Assembly (NCBI GenBank): GCA_963752475.1
Contig: CAVVYR010000007.1
Span: 224,001 to 288,000 of the forward strand
DNA length: 64,000 bases
Origin: an uncultured Chloroflexia bacterium
Lineage (GTDB): Bacteria > Chloroflexota > Limnocylindria > Limnocylindrales > CSP1-4
Direction: 5' to 3'
Made by a program: the position numbers and the translations under genes. Under the pieces are notes generated by a model. The model made no database searches. It was not told the DNA's origin and saw only the letters and a list, made by a program, of their open reading frames with translations. Shown here one piece after another: positions 30,135 through 40,110 of the stretch. Position 1 is the stretch's first letter; the number at the start of each line of letters is the position of its first letter.

Positions 30135-31235
30135 CTACAGGCTACCCGTCAGCATGGCCACGAGTGCGAAGGTGCTGATCGCGGCCATGACGGCACCGAC
30201 GACGCCCAGCAGGAACGCCTCGTCGTGGTGCTCCGTGGCTTGCTGTGGCGCGCCCAGATAGATGGCCATGCCGCCGGTGAGGCCGCGCGAGAGGACCAAC
30301 TCCTCGTCGGGGATGTCGTACTTCTCGAGGGCTTCCCGGTGCACGCTCGGGTCCTGGGGTACGTCTGGCTGGCTCGCCTTGGGGTCGAGCTCCGGTCTGG
30401 CCGTGGGTTCGCCGATGCCGAAGCCGGGGATGGCCGCGTTGCCCCAGGCCTCCTCCGGGCTCGAAGCCAGGATGCCCATCTCCCGCGCCCAGGCGAGGTC
30501 GCCGGCGATGTCGCGTTCGATGTTGTCGCTCGGATTCGAGGTCATCACGACTTCCTGCACTTCGCCCCAGGGCCAGGCTTGGCCGAGGACCGTCACGGTC
30601 TGTCCGGGCTCGAGGCGCGACTCGCGATAGCGTCGACCCTCGCGCTTGGTCGAAGCCAGGAAGCTGCCGCCACCTTCGTCCCATTCGCCCGAAGGGTTCG
30701 AGGTCGCCGGCCGCTGGACGGTGAGCAGCGCCTGCGCCGCGGCCTCACGCTCGAGCTCGGTCATCTCCGACGGGTCCTGGTCGAAGTCCGCATAACGCGC
30801 ACCCGTGCGGCGCTTCAGGCCGGGCGGCTCGGCACCGGTCCAGCTGGTGGACTCGTCGAAGGCCTGGCGGATCTCCCATCGCGCACCACGCGGCACGACC
30901 CTGATGCCGCCGTGCTCGTCCTTGATACGGAACTCCCGCGACTGCTCCTCGGCAAGCAGCACGCGGCTGTTGTCGCCGGTCGTCTCCACCTTCGCCCGGT
31001 ACCAGACACAGGGCACCGACTGGAGGGGCGAGACGAGCGTTCCGTTGATGGGTTCGACCACCCCGCTCACGCGGACTTCGCCCGCGGCGATGCCGTCGAG
31101 CGTAGAGGTGGCGACCGACGAGATGAGCCGGTCGCGCCGGTAGGCCAGCAGCCCCCGCGCGAACAGCACGATCCCGCCTACGAGCCCGATCGCCGGGAAC
31201 AGCAGGACGGGCCCGAATTCGGTGAATCCGATCAC
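30135..31235 (-). CDS. GIDE-domain membrane protein
   Basis: N- and C-terminal TM; SPL..PCVWY, FRIKD..G, RYRESRLEPG..VTVLG; adjacent to lemA. Confidence 0.7.
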   Translation of the reverse strand: MIGFTEFGPVLLFPAIGLVGGIVLFARGLLAYRRDRLISSVATSTLDGIAAGEVRVSGVVEPINGTLVSPLQSVPCVWYRAKVETTGDNSRVLLAEEQSREFRIKDEHGGIRVVPRGARWEIRQAFDESTSWTGAEPPGLKRRTGARYADFDQDPSEMTELEREAAAQALLTVQRPATSNPSGEWDEGGGSFLASTKREGRRYRESRLEPGQTVTVLGQAWPWGEVQEVVMTSNPSDNIERDIAGDLAWAREMGILASSPEEAWGNAAIPGFGIGEPTARPELDPKASQPDVPQDPSVHREALEKYDIPDEELVLSRGLTGGMAIYLGAPQQATEHHDEAFLLGVVGAVMAAISTFALVAMLTGSL

Positions 31236-31361
31236 GCCGGCATGCTACTGGCGCGCGCACGCACCAGGGAAGGGGTTCGGAAGTACCGCCGATGGGAGGG
31301 TCTGGATGGAGGTGCTATCCTTCTCCGACACGACGATTCGTGGCTGTTTCATCGTGAGCGA

Positions 31362-31436
31362 TCCGGCGTAGCTCAGTGGTAGAGCGTTCGGCTGTTAACC
31401 GAGTGGTCGTAGGTTCGAATCCTACCGCCGGAGCCA
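31362..31436 (+). tRNA. tRNA-Asn (GTT)
   Basis: TCCGGCG/CGCCGGA acceptor stem, AGCTCAGTGGTAGAGC D-arm, CTGTTAA loop, GGTTCGAATCC, encoded CCA. Confidence 0.97.
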
Positions 31437-31488
31437 CCCTTTCCCTTCTTGTCTGCCCTGTTTCGCTGCGCGGAAGACTCCGAGATGA

Positions 31489-32100
31489 GGCGGATCCTCG
31501 GCTTGTGCCGGATATGACGGGCTGGCCGACCCCGCCGAGGCGCTCGATCCGAACGCGCTGCTCATCGACGAAACCTCGAACCAGGCGTTCCCCAACGGCG
31601 GCGCGCTGTGGCCCGACGACCTGCGCCTGCCGGTGACCGAGGGCCCGCCACCTCCGGGTGCGGTTAGCCTGCCGCTCGCACGGGTCTGGTTCGGACCCGA
31701 CTCGCCCATCGATGCACCCTGGTTGCGCGAGGGCTTCGCGTCCTGGCTCGGCTGGCGTGCTATCGGCGAGAGCTGCCCCACGACACCGACGTACCCCGGA
31801 TACTTCGACGCCTTCGGACCAGACCTCGACGGCTACTGCGTCGTGCCTGAGACCTACGCCGCCGAGTGGGACCTGTGGATCTGGCAGTCTGCGAGCGCCT
31901 GCGGCATCGTGGAGTCCGCCGCGGGTATCATCGACCCTGAGGTCATGGCCGAGGTCATCGCCGAGCTCGTCGCGTCGAGCGAGCCGGTCAGCCCGAGCGA
32001 CGGGCTCGTCGGCTCCCTCCCGGGTGATGTATCGGCCTCGGCGATCTCCGAGGCCCTCGCGCCTGCGCTCGACGCCGCCGGGTCGAGCCGGACGGTATCT
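31489..32100 (+). pseudogene. 5'-truncated paralog of the C-terminal half of 32161..33459
   Basis: LARVWF..WLREGFASW..WQSASACGIVE aligns with LARAWF..WVREGIATW..QQSALACRVVE; homology extends upstream of any start codon to TGA 31486. Confidence 0.6.
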
Positions 32101-32160
32101 TCGCTGATGGCTTCGAATCAGGAGATACATCGGCCTGGACCACGGGGGACGAGAACGACC

Positions 32161-33459
32161 ATGCGGACCGCACCACTCACGCTGCTCACCACCGTCGCGC
32201 TGCTCGCGACGGCGCTACCGGCGGTCGCCGAGGATGAGGGGCCGGTGCTGGAAGTGACGACCCACACGACGTACACCGTGCGGCCCGACAAGGGCGACGT
32301 CGCAGTCGTGGCCAAGACGACGCTCGTCAACCGGGACAAGCCCAAGGGCGGCGCGTCCTCCGGCTTCTCGGGCTGGGGCACCATCTCCGTCCCGCCCGAG
32401 GCGAGCGGTATCAAGATCAAAGGCAAGGGCATCAAGCCACACAAGGACTTCGCCGGCGAGGACGGGTCCTCGTGGTCGGTCTCGTTCCCCCTGATCTGGT
32501 TCCGCGAGAAGCAGCGCCTGACCACTCGTTTCGTGCTTGCTGGCGACGGCAGCGGCTCGACCGTCGTGACCGACGACTACATCCATCTCTGCTGGACCGG
32601 CATCAGCGGCGACAAGGGATCGATCACCGCCCGCCTGCCCGAGGGCTGGGAGCTCCGGCACACCGGCCGCGGCGGGGAAACGGTCGCGCAGTCGGCCGAT
32701 GAGCAGGGTCTTGTCCTCGTGAGCGACCGCGTTACCGCGCCCGACGGTCGCGACACCTGCACCGAGGCCATCCGTCCCGACGGGCTCGAGCAGCGGACGA
32801 TCGGCACGGGTCCGACCCGGCTCGAGCTGCGCACGCATCGCGCCGACACGGCACGGGTCGAGGCGGCAGCCGACGAGCTCGAGACGACGCTCGACTGGCT
32901 CGAGACCCACGTCGGAGCGCCGGCGTCGGCCGACGAGACGACGTTCATCATCACCGAGAGCGCACGCGCCGCCTGGCCCTACTCGAGCGGCGGGCTGCAG
33001 CCTGACGAGCGCGGGCATCTCTCGCTCGTGTTCGAAGACACCGAGCCCGGCGCCCTCGCGCCCTCGCTCGCGCGGGCCTGGTTCACCACACTCGACGCGC
33101 CCGACTGGGTACGCGAGGGCATCGCGACCTGGAGTGCCGCCGAGGCCCTCGGGCTCGCCTGTCCCGCCGCACCCGAGGCCGCCGCGGAGCCGGCCGACCT
33201 CGATGGCGCCTGGAGGACGATGACTTTCGGCTTCCCGCTCGAATGGGAACGCTGGCACCAGCAGTCCGCGCTCGCCTGTCGCGTCGTCGAGGCGGTCGCC
33301 GCAGACGTCGGCACCGAAGCGCTCATCGAACAGGTCGCCGAGGCTCGCGTCGCAGAGACACCCCTCGACGATGTGAGTTGGCTGCCTGCGAGCGATGCGT
33401 GGTCCGCGCCGGTCATCGCGGCCTTCGACACCGCCGGCATCGACCTCCCGCCCGGCTGA
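32161..33459 (+). CDS. Secreted protein with degenerate gluzincin/M1-peptidase-like domain
   Basis: Signal peptide MRTAPLTLLTTVALLATALPAVA; LAPSLARAWF..WVREG where HExxHxWF..WxxEG is expected. Confidence 0.65.
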   Translation: MRTAPLTLLTTVALLATALPAVAEDEGPVLEVTTHTTYTVRPDKGDVAVVAKTTLVNRDKPKGGASSGFSGWGTISVPPEASGIKIKGKGIKPHKDFAGEDGSSWSVSFPLIWFREKQRLTTRFVLAGDGSGSTVVTDDYIHLCWTGISGDKGSITARLPEGWELRHTGRGGETVAQSADEQGLVLVSDRVTAPDGRDTCTEAIRPDGLEQRTIGTGPTRLELRTHRADTARVEAAADELETTLDWLETHVGAPASADETTFIITESARAAWPYSSGGLQPDERGHLSLVFEDTEPGALAPSLARAWFTTLDAPDWVREGIATWSAAEALGLACPAAPEAAAEPADLDGAWRTMTFGFPLEWERWHQQSALACRVVEAVAADVGTEALIEQVAEARVAETPLDDVSWLPASDAWSAPVIAAFDTAGIDLPPG

Positions 33460-33570
33460 ACGCACGTCCATCACGCTCCGCCCTGTGCGACACCGCCGGT
33501 TGGCAACCGCAGAAGTTCGCCGTGTTCGAGTAGCTCGACATGTGTCGGCACCCGCCCGATACTCGCGGCG

Positions 33571-34086
33571 ATGTCCGTGAAACCTGGCCTCCTGACGCTC
33601 TCCGAGGAGGACCGGCGCATGCTGGCTCCGTGGGTGGCTGACTGCGTGGAGCGGGCCCTGCCGTCGTTCGAAGAGGTGGCTCCCTCGGACCTTCGTCCGC
33701 GCCTCGCAGTCGAGGCGTTGCGGGCGTTCGCACGATGCGACCAACAGATCGAGGCGCTCCGGAGGCTGGCGTTCGAGGCCCACGCCGCCGCGCGCGCCGT
33801 CACCGAGCCAGCCGCGGTAGCGGCAGCCCGGGCCGCGGGTCAGGCGGCCGGCGTCGCTCACATGGCAGGACACGCGTTCCCCGCGGCCGCGTACGCGGTC
33901 AGGGCTGTGAGTATCGATACGACCGACCCCGAGATGGCAGCTGCTGCCGAAGTCCGGTGGCAGTTCCGGGCGACCAGTGCGTCCGTGCGCTCGATCTTGC
34001 GACGGCTGCCCAGACAGCAGCGCCCTGCCGGAGGGGCCTTCGGGGCGACGGCTCAGCTCCTTGACCTGATCGCTAGCGACGACTGA
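33571..34086 (+). CDS. Imm5-like putative immunity protein
   Basis: ADCVERAL..RPR.A..AARAAGQAAGVAHMAGHA. Confidence 0.7.
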   Translation: MSVKPGLLTLSEEDRRMLAPWVADCVERALPSFEEVAPSDLRPRLAVEALRAFARCDQQIEALRRLAFEAHAAARAVTEPAAVAAARAAGQAAGVAHMAGHAFPAAAYAVRAVSIDTTDPEMAAAAEVRWQFRATSASVRSILRRLPRQQRPAGGAFGATAQLLDLIASDD

Positions 34087-34208
34087 CGTGGACGCGAGGC
34101 ATCAGTGCGACGTCTTCCCCGCACGGTGTGTCCGCTCGGCGACGGCAGGTAGCCCGCTGCCAGGCTCGAGCCCGGCAGCGGGCGGAAGTGAGTGGAGCCG
34201 AGTTCGAC

Positions 34209-34664
34209 TCAGGCGCGGCCGCGCGGCACCTTGATCACCGGGCACACGAACTGGCGTACGACGGTGTCGCTGGTGATGAAGCCGCCCGCCCTGGCAGCTT
34301 CGACCTCCTGCTCGGAATCGATGTCGCCACTGGCGTTGTCGTCGACCGCGGCGACCGCGGCCGAGTAGTCACTGAACGTGAGTGCATGCACCATCCAGCG
34401 TCCGCCGTTGTAATCCCGGTCGCCCGGCGCCGCGGTCGCGACGTTCGGCTGGTCGTCGATCGCGTAGATGATGTCGAAGCTGTGTGGCGGGGCGCCGGTA
34501 TGGCTCAGATCGGTCGGCGTGGTGACCGTTCGGTACAGCACGCCGTCGACATAGAATGCCGGTCCGGTGACTCCACCGGCTCCGTTGCCGGCGGCCACGG
34601 TGGCTCCCAGCACGAGCGTGAGCAGGGCGGCCAGTGCCGCCGAGATCGGTGTCCTGCTTCCCAT
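34209..34664 (-). CDS. Secreted hypothetical protein
   Basis: Signal peptide; AGGAGA RBS; PGDRDYNGGRW..FVCPVI. Confidence 0.7.
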   Translation of the reverse strand: MGSRTPISAALAALLTLVLGATVAAGNGAGGVTGPAFYVDGVLYRTVTTPTDLSHTGAPPHSFDIIYAIDDQPNVATAAPGDRDYNGGRWMVHALTFSDYSAAVAAVDDNASGDIDSEQEVEAARAGGFITSDTVVRQFVCPVIKVPRGRA

Positions 34665-34898
34665 GGATCTCTCCTTTGCTTGCCTCTGTCGCGTTGGCTG
34701 GGCCCTTGAGTACCAACGTGTCCCAGACGCTAGGGAGCCGGGATGTCCTGGGCGTGAAGCGGAAGCCTCGATACCGCGACGCTGGGATGTCGGGCCGATG
34801 ACGGACCTCGGCCATCTCGCGGACCGAAGACGGCTTCCTCACAATGAGTTACCTTCGCGCTGACACATACGAGACAGCAGCCTTACTCGGAGGGACCG

Positions 34899-35459
34899 AT
34901 GAGCTCGATGAACAAGTGGTGGCTGGCAGCACCCCTCGCCATGGGCCTGGTCGTGGCGGCCTGTGGTGGTGACGATGACTCGGCCGACGATGCGGCCACC
35001 GAGGCTCCGGCAGAAGCCGCGGCCACCGAGGCCGCAGCCGAGGAGCCCACCACGGAGCCCGTAGACGACAGCGCCGACCAGGCGCCCGGCAGCGGGATCG
35101 CGGTGGCCATGCTCGGCGACGAGGAGATCACCATCGAAAGTGCCCTCTGCTTCTTCGAGGAGCAGGAACGGGCCGGCCTTGGTGGCGTCTGGACGCACAC
35201 CGCGCAGGCCAGCGGCACCAACGCCGCCGGCGAGCCGGTGACCATCGGCCTCGACCGGGCACGCAACGAAGACGAGACCATCGAGGACTCGATCTACGTG
35301 AACATCGGCGAGCCCGCGGCTGACGACTTCGTGGGCCTGACCGCCGATGGCCCCGAGGGCCTCATCGAGTTCGGTGATTCGTCCGTCTCGGCTGAGGGCG
35401 TCGAGGTGGGTGAGTTCGGCAGCGATCCGCTCTCGCTGACGATCAGCTTCGACTGCTAG
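34899..35459 (+). CDS. Acidic lipoprotein
   Basis: VAAC lipobox, Ala/Glu linker, GGAGG RBS. Confidence 0.8.
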   Translation: MSSMNKWWLAAPLAMGLVVAACGGDDDSADDAATEAPAEAAATEAAAEEPTTEPVDDSADQAPGSGIAVAMLGDEEITIESALCFFEEQERAGLGGVWTHTAQASGTNAAGEPVTIGLDRARNEDETIEDSIYVNIGEPAADDFVGLTADGPEGLIEFGDSSVSAEGVEVGEFGSDPLSLTISFDC

Positions 35460-35491
35460 CACCAAGTGGCGAGTGAGGGCATCCTAGGCGC

Positions 35492-36655
35492 ATGTCGTCC
35501 GCTCTCGCTCGCCGTCTGGCGGCGCTGCTCGCCGTCGTCATCTTCACCACTGCGATTCCGCTCCCGGCGCTTGCTGCCGATGCCGACAAGGACGGCCTGA
35601 CCAACGCCTTCGAGACCAAGTGGCGCCTGACCTCGCCGACGAAGCAGGACAGCGATGGTGACGGCGTCATCGACTCCGCCGAGGACTTCGACAAGGACGG
35701 CCTGGGAGCCTTCGGGGAGCAGCGCGCCGGCACCAACCCGCGCAAGGCCGACACCGACGGCGATGGCGTAGCCGACCCCCACGAAGACCACGACGGCGAC
35801 GGCCGGATCAACGCCCTCGAGCAGGATGAGCGCCGCGTTCCCTTGGCCCTCAAGCCGACGCTCGCGAAGGCGGCCCGGGATCGGCCACAGATCAAGGGCA
35901 AGTGGTGTTCCCCGCCTCCCGGCAGCTCCAGGGTCAAGACCTGCCACTTCGGCAACCCCAGGAGCGACACCACGGTCGTGCTCATGGGCGACTCGCACGC
36001 CGTCGCCTGGTCGGAGGCCGCCTGGCGGGCCGCCGAGTCGCGAGGCTGGCACCTCATCACGCTCTTCAAGAGCGCGTGCGTGCCGCTGAAGGGGGTCTAC
36101 TCGGTGGCCATGCACAAACGGAACCGGGGCAAGGCCTGCACGGGCTGGCGTGACGATGCGCTGGAGTGGATCGCCAAGCGCGGCCGGAAGATCGATGTGC
36201 TGATCCTCGCGACCTCGGATGCCTACACCCTGGCCCGGCCCAACGGCTCGGTCATCAAGGCCGCCGCGAGCGCTCCCATCTGGGCCTCCGGCATGCGCAG
36301 GACGCTGAAGGCCATCCCGGAGCGGATCAAGGTCATCGTCCTTGGCGACGTGCCGCGAAACACCAGGGACCCGGTCACCTGCCTGAAGCACAACCGCCGG
36401 GACATGTCGCGCTGTGTCACACCCCGTGAGGGCGGGGCCTCACTCGTCGTGGCCAACGCGCTGCGCCGGGCGACCCGGAGCCAGGGTGAGTACCACCGTT
36501 CGCTGAACGGACAGATCTGCCCCTACGATCCGTGTCCGCTGGTCCAGGGTACGACCATGATCTGGCGTGACAAGTCGCACCTCACGGGCACCTTCGCGCG
36601 CAAGCTCATGCCCTCGTTCCGACGCATGGTCGGCACGGTCCTCAAGGGCAAGTAG
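35492..36655 (+). CDS. Secreted SGNH hydrolase with N-terminal DxDxDG Ca-binding repeats
   Basis: DADKDG, DSDGDG, DTDGDG repeats; MGDSHA and DKSH catalytic motifs; K-S-A-C. Confidence 0.85.
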   Translation: MSSALARRLAALLAVVIFTTAIPLPALAADADKDGLTNAFETKWRLTSPTKQDSDGDGVIDSAEDFDKDGLGAFGEQRAGTNPRKADTDGDGVADPHEDHDGDGRINALEQDERRVPLALKPTLAKAARDRPQIKGKWCSPPPGSSRVKTCHFGNPRSDTTVVLMGDSHAVAWSEAAWRAAESRGWHLITLFKSACVPLKGVYSVAMHKRNRGKACTGWRDDALEWIAKRGRKIDVLILATSDAYTLARPNGSVIKAAASAPIWASGMRRTLKAIPERIKVIVLGDVPRNTRDPVTCLKHNRRDMSRCVTPREGGASLVVANALRRATRSQGEYHRSLNGQICPYDPCPLVQGTTMIWRDKSHLTGTFARKLMPSFRRMVGTVLKGK

Positions 36656-36660
36656 CCCCG

Positions 36661-37038
36661 CTATCGCGGTTTCGACAGCCGCCTGAGCTGGGAGCGGGCG
36701 TAGGTCCGGGCCCGCCGCTGGCCGCCGTTCTCCTCGATGGCTGCCTCCAGGGATGCGAGCACACGGATGAGCGCCTCGCGGTTCGGGTGCCAGCCTCGCC
36801 GTTCACACTCCTCGAGCCACTCGCTCGGCGTGCGGTGACCGCGCTGGCCGTTGCAGCGACTGCAGGCCGCGACCTCGTTCTCGATCCAGCTCGGCCCGCC
36901 CTTGAGACGGGGCACGACATGCTCGGTCGTGGCCTTGACGAGCCCCACGCCGATCTCACGACCACACCACACGCAGGCACGCCCGTCCCGCTCGAAGATG
37001 AGCGCCATGCGTGCCCGTCGGTCAGGTTTGGTGGCCAC
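36661..37038 (-). CDS. Small HNH endonuclease
   Basis: RDG..CVWC..EHVVP..GG..N..ACSRCN. Confidence 0.88.
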   Translation of the reverse strand: MATKPDRRARMALIFERDGRACVWCGREIGVGLVKATTEHVVPRLKGGPSWIENEVAACSRCNGQRGHRTPSEWLEECERRGWHPNREALIRVLASLEAAIEENGGQRRARTYARSQLRRLSKPR

Positions 37039-37054
37039 GGCACAGAATGGTCAC

Positions 37055-37957
37055 ATGAGCGGTCGCTTCGCGCCGTCCCCGACCGGCGAGCTCCATCTGG
37101 GCAACCTCCGCACCGCCGCCGTCGCCTGGCTGGCGGCGCGGGCGTCGGGGGCGCCCTTCCTCATGCGCATCGAGGACCTCGACCGCGGACGTTCGCGCCC
37201 CGAGCACGAGGAGCGTCAACTGGCCGACCTCGCGGCCATCGGGCTCGACTGGGATGGCGAAGTCGTACGACAGAGCGAGCGCTTCGACCGCTACGACGCG
37301 GCCATCGACCGGCTCACCGAGGCCGGCCTGGTATACGAGTGCTTCTGTACGCGCCGTCAGATCCGCGAGGAGATCGAGGCCGCCCCCAGTGCCCCGCACC
37401 TGCCGCCCGATGCCTATCCCGGGACCTGCCGCGACCTCCCCTCCGACCGAGCGGTCGAGCGACGAGCCTCCGGCCGAGCGCCGGCGCTGCGCCTCCGCAC
37501 TGAAGGGCAGCGCATCGACTTCGACGACCGGCTCCACGGGCCGAGTGGGGGAGGGGTGGACGACTTCGTCCTTCGCCGCAACGACGGCACCCCGGCCTAC
37601 AACGTGGCCGTCGTCGTCGACGATGCCGAACAGGGGGTCACCCAGGTCGTGCGCGGCGACGACCTGCTCGACTCGACCCCACGGCAGGTCCTGCTGCAGC
37701 GACTGCTGGGCTATGCCACGCCCGAGTACCTGCACGTCCCGCTGGTGGTCAACACAACCGGTCAGCGCCTGGCCAAGCGCGACGGCGCCGTGACCCTCTC
37801 GGCTCTCGCCGAACGAGGCGTGTCGCCGGATGCGGTGGTCGACTGGATCGTCAAGTCACTCGGGATGGGCGAGGTCGGCGGGCTCTCCGAGCTCATCGAC
37901 CACTTCGATCCCAGCCCGCTACCGCGAGGCCCGATCGTGGTGCCGGACCTAGCCTGA
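37055..37957 (+). CDS. gluQ: tRNA glutamyl-Q(34) synthetase
   Basis: GRFAPSPTGELHLGN, RIEDLD, CFCTR, VRGDDLL, RLAKRD; no anticodon-binding domain. Confidence 0.9.
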   Translation: MSGRFAPSPTGELHLGNLRTAAVAWLAARASGAPFLMRIEDLDRGRSRPEHEERQLADLAAIGLDWDGEVVRQSERFDRYDAAIDRLTEAGLVYECFCTRRQIREEIEAAPSAPHLPPDAYPGTCRDLPSDRAVERRASGRAPALRLRTEGQRIDFDDRLHGPSGGGVDDFVLRRNDGTPAYNVAVVVDDAEQGVTQVVRGDDLLDSTPRQVLLQRLLGYATPEYLHVPLVVNTTGQRLAKRDGAVTLSALAERGVSPDAVVDWIVKSLGMGEVGGLSELIDHFDPSPLPRGPIVVPDLA

Positions 37958-37970
37958 CGCCGGTTCCACG

Positions 37971-38834
37971 CTAGCGGTCGACGATGGGGCCGTTCGGCTC
38001 CGAGCCACTGGCGACCGGCATGTCGCTGGCGGACCAGTCACTGAACGAGCCGATGTAGACGAGCGGGTCGGGCAGGCCGGCCACGCGTGCGGCCAGGGCG
38101 CCGTAGCAGGCGGTCACGCCACTCTGGCACGACACGACCAGCGGCAGCTCGGCCCGATCACCCTCGCCGCGGATCAACGGGCGGACCTCATCGGCCGGCT
38201 TCATCCGGCCGTCCTCGGTCATCATCGAGCCGCAGGGTCGGTTGCGCGCGCCGGGGATGTGACCACCGATGGTGCCGGGGGTAGCTTCCTTGCCGCTGTA
38301 GGCATCGGGAGCCCGGACGTCGACGAGGTCGACCCTGCCCTCGAGTTCGGTCAGCTCCTCACGATCGACGGTGCCGGTCCACTCGGTGGCCAGCGTCATC
38401 GTCGCGGGCTCGGGGGCCGGCACTTCCGTGGTCCAAGGGCCGCCGACCTTCTTCCAGGCCGCGATACCGCCGTCGAGCATCTTCACGTTCGGATGGCCGA
38501 GCCGGTCGAGCATGGCCCACATGCGGGCGCCGAACTGGCCGCTGGCCGCGTCGTGGATGACGATCGTGTGCTCGCTGCCGAAGCCGAGCTCGCCCATGCG
38601 GGCGGCGAAGGCGACGGGATCGGGCACCGGCTTGGCGCCGGGACCGTCGGGTGCCGCGAGGTCGGTGTCGAGGTCGACGTAGACGGCACCTGGGATGTGG
38701 CCTTCGTCGTACTCCTTCCTGCCGCGGCCGGGCTCACCGAGGAAGAAACGGACGTCGGCGATGCGGATGCTGGGATCCGAGAGGGCCTCCAGCAGTTCGG
38801 CGGCAGAGATCAGGGGAAAGGTCTTCTCGTTCAT
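37971..38834 (-). CDS. Two-domain sulfurtransferase (rhodanese/SseA-like)
   Basis: GHIPGA x2, LDGG, CQSGVTA loop, YIGSFSDW; start 38834 or 38846. Confidence 0.9.
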   Translation of the reverse strand: MNEKTFPLISAAELLEALSDPSIRIADVRFFLGEPGRGRKEYDEGHIPGAVYVDLDTDLAAPDGPGAKPVPDPVAFAARMGELGFGSEHTIVIHDAASGQFGARMWAMLDRLGHPNVKMLDGGIAAWKKVGGPWTTEVPAPEPATMTLATEWTGTVDREELTELEGRVDLVDVRAPDAYSGKEATPGTIGGHIPGARNRPCGSMMTEDGRMKPADEVRPLIRGEGDRAELPLVVSCQSGVTACYGALAARVAGLPDPLVYIGSFSDWSASDMPVASGSEPNGPIVDR

Positions 38835-39748
38835 GGTCTTGAACATATGCTCAAGGCCGCAACTGCCGAAAGGCCGGAAGGCCTGAATTGAGACTGAGTG
38901 TCAGCCTGCGTCGGGGTCGACTCGACAGACATCCCGGCGCCCACCCAGTCGCTGTAGGAGCCCGGGTAGAGGATGGGGTCCGGTAGCTCGGCCACGCGCG
39001 CTGCGAGCATCCCGAAGCAGGCGGTCACGCCGCTGCCGCAGGAGATGACCAGCGGCCGCTTGGCGCGTTCACCCTCGCCGCGGATGAGCAGCCGGACCTC
39101 CTCCGCCGGCAGCAGGCGGCCGTCGTCGGTGACCATCGATCCACATGGTCGATTGCGCGCGCCAGGGATATGGCCGGCGACAACCTCCATCGGCTCGACT
39201 TCGCCGCGATAGCGCTCGGGCGCACGGACGTCGACCAGGTCGATCGCGTCCTTCGAGGCGGCGACGGTCTCGCGGTCCATCGTGCCGGGCCACTCGGGCG
39301 CCAGCGTCATCGTCGCTCGCATGGGCGTGGAGCGTTCGGCCGTCCACGGGCCATCGGCCGCCTGCCAGGCCGCGATGCCGCCGTCGAGCATGTAGACGGA
39401 GTCGTGGCCGAGCCGATCGAGCATCCACCACATACGCGCGCCGAACTGCCCGTGCGCCGCGTCGTAGATGACGACCGTGTGCCCGTCACCGAACCCGAGC
39501 TCACCCATGCGGTCGGCGAAGCGGGTGGGGTTCGGCAGAGGATGCCGGCCCTCGCCCGGGGGCGCCGCCAGGTCTCGGTCGAGGTCGACGAAGACCGCGC
39601 CGGGGATGTGTCCCTGCGCGTACTCCGCCTGGCCGCGTTCGGGCTGACCGAGGAACCAACGCACATCGGCGATACGCAGGCTGGGATCGCCGAGCGCCTC
39701 GAGCAGCTCGTCAGCGGAGACGAGGGGGTAGCGGTGTTCGTCGGTCAT
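38831..39748 (-). CDS. Two-domain sulfurtransferase (3-mercaptopyruvate type)
   Basis: GHIPGA x2, GRHPLP, CGSGVTA loop, YPGSYSDW. Confidence 0.92.
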   Translation of the reverse strand: MTDEHRYPLVSADELLEALGDPSLRIADVRWFLGQPERGQAEYAQGHIPGAVFVDLDRDLAAPPGEGRHPLPNPTRFADRMGELGFGDGHTVVIYDAAHGQFGARMWWMLDRLGHDSVYMLDGGIAAWQAADGPWTAERSTPMRATMTLAPEWPGTMDRETVAASKDAIDLVDVRAPERYRGEVEPMEVVAGHIPGARNRPCGSMVTDDGRLLPAEEVRLLIRGEGERAKRPLVISCGSGVTACFGMLAARVAELPDPILYPGSYSDWVGAGMSVESTPTQADTQSQFRPSGLSAVAALSICSRP

Positions 39749-39761
39749 GCCGACCACGGTA

Positions 39762-39878
39762 TCAGCGCCGGCGACGGGTGCCCGAGTCGCGCATGGTGGG
39801 CACGTCGTTGAACAGGAAGTAGCCGCTCAGCACGATGAGCACAGCTACAGCCAGGATCAGGAAGGTAGTCAGGTCCAC
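39762..39878 (-). CDS. 38-aa single-TM small protein
   Basis: GAGGGAG RBS, GTG start, MDLTTFLILAVAVLIVLSGYFLF followed by a basic tail. Confidence 0.5.
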   Translation of the reverse strand: MDLTTFLILAVAVLIVLSGYFLFNDVPTMRDSGTRRRR

Positions 39879-40110
39879 GGGGTCTCCCTCTCTCGCACGG
39901 TGTCGACACGGATCGACGCTACCTTTATGACGCGCGGCGTCGACCGTGCCAAGGGCTCGATGAGGTACCTGCCCGGTGGCCGACTTGGACTCCCCGCGGT
40001 CCGTCGGTACCACTGACGGTCGGCAGGGATCGGGTCGCTACGGTGCCGTCGGATCGTAGAAGATCTCGACGTCAAGTGGGCCAGATATGCGTCGCTGGTC
40101 TGCGTGCCGA

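Noticed and set aside
31633-33459. Single 608-aa protein
   Set aside because: An internal signal peptide at 32161 and the duplicated homology show a remnant plus a separate gene.
31362-36655. Prophage or integrative element at tRNA-Asn
   Set aside because: No integrase, phage genes or duplicated tRNA 3' end seen in the window.
33571-37038. Imm5-like plus HNH as a polymorphic toxin-immunity pair
   Set aside because: Not adjacent or co-oriented; the HNH has no secretion domain.
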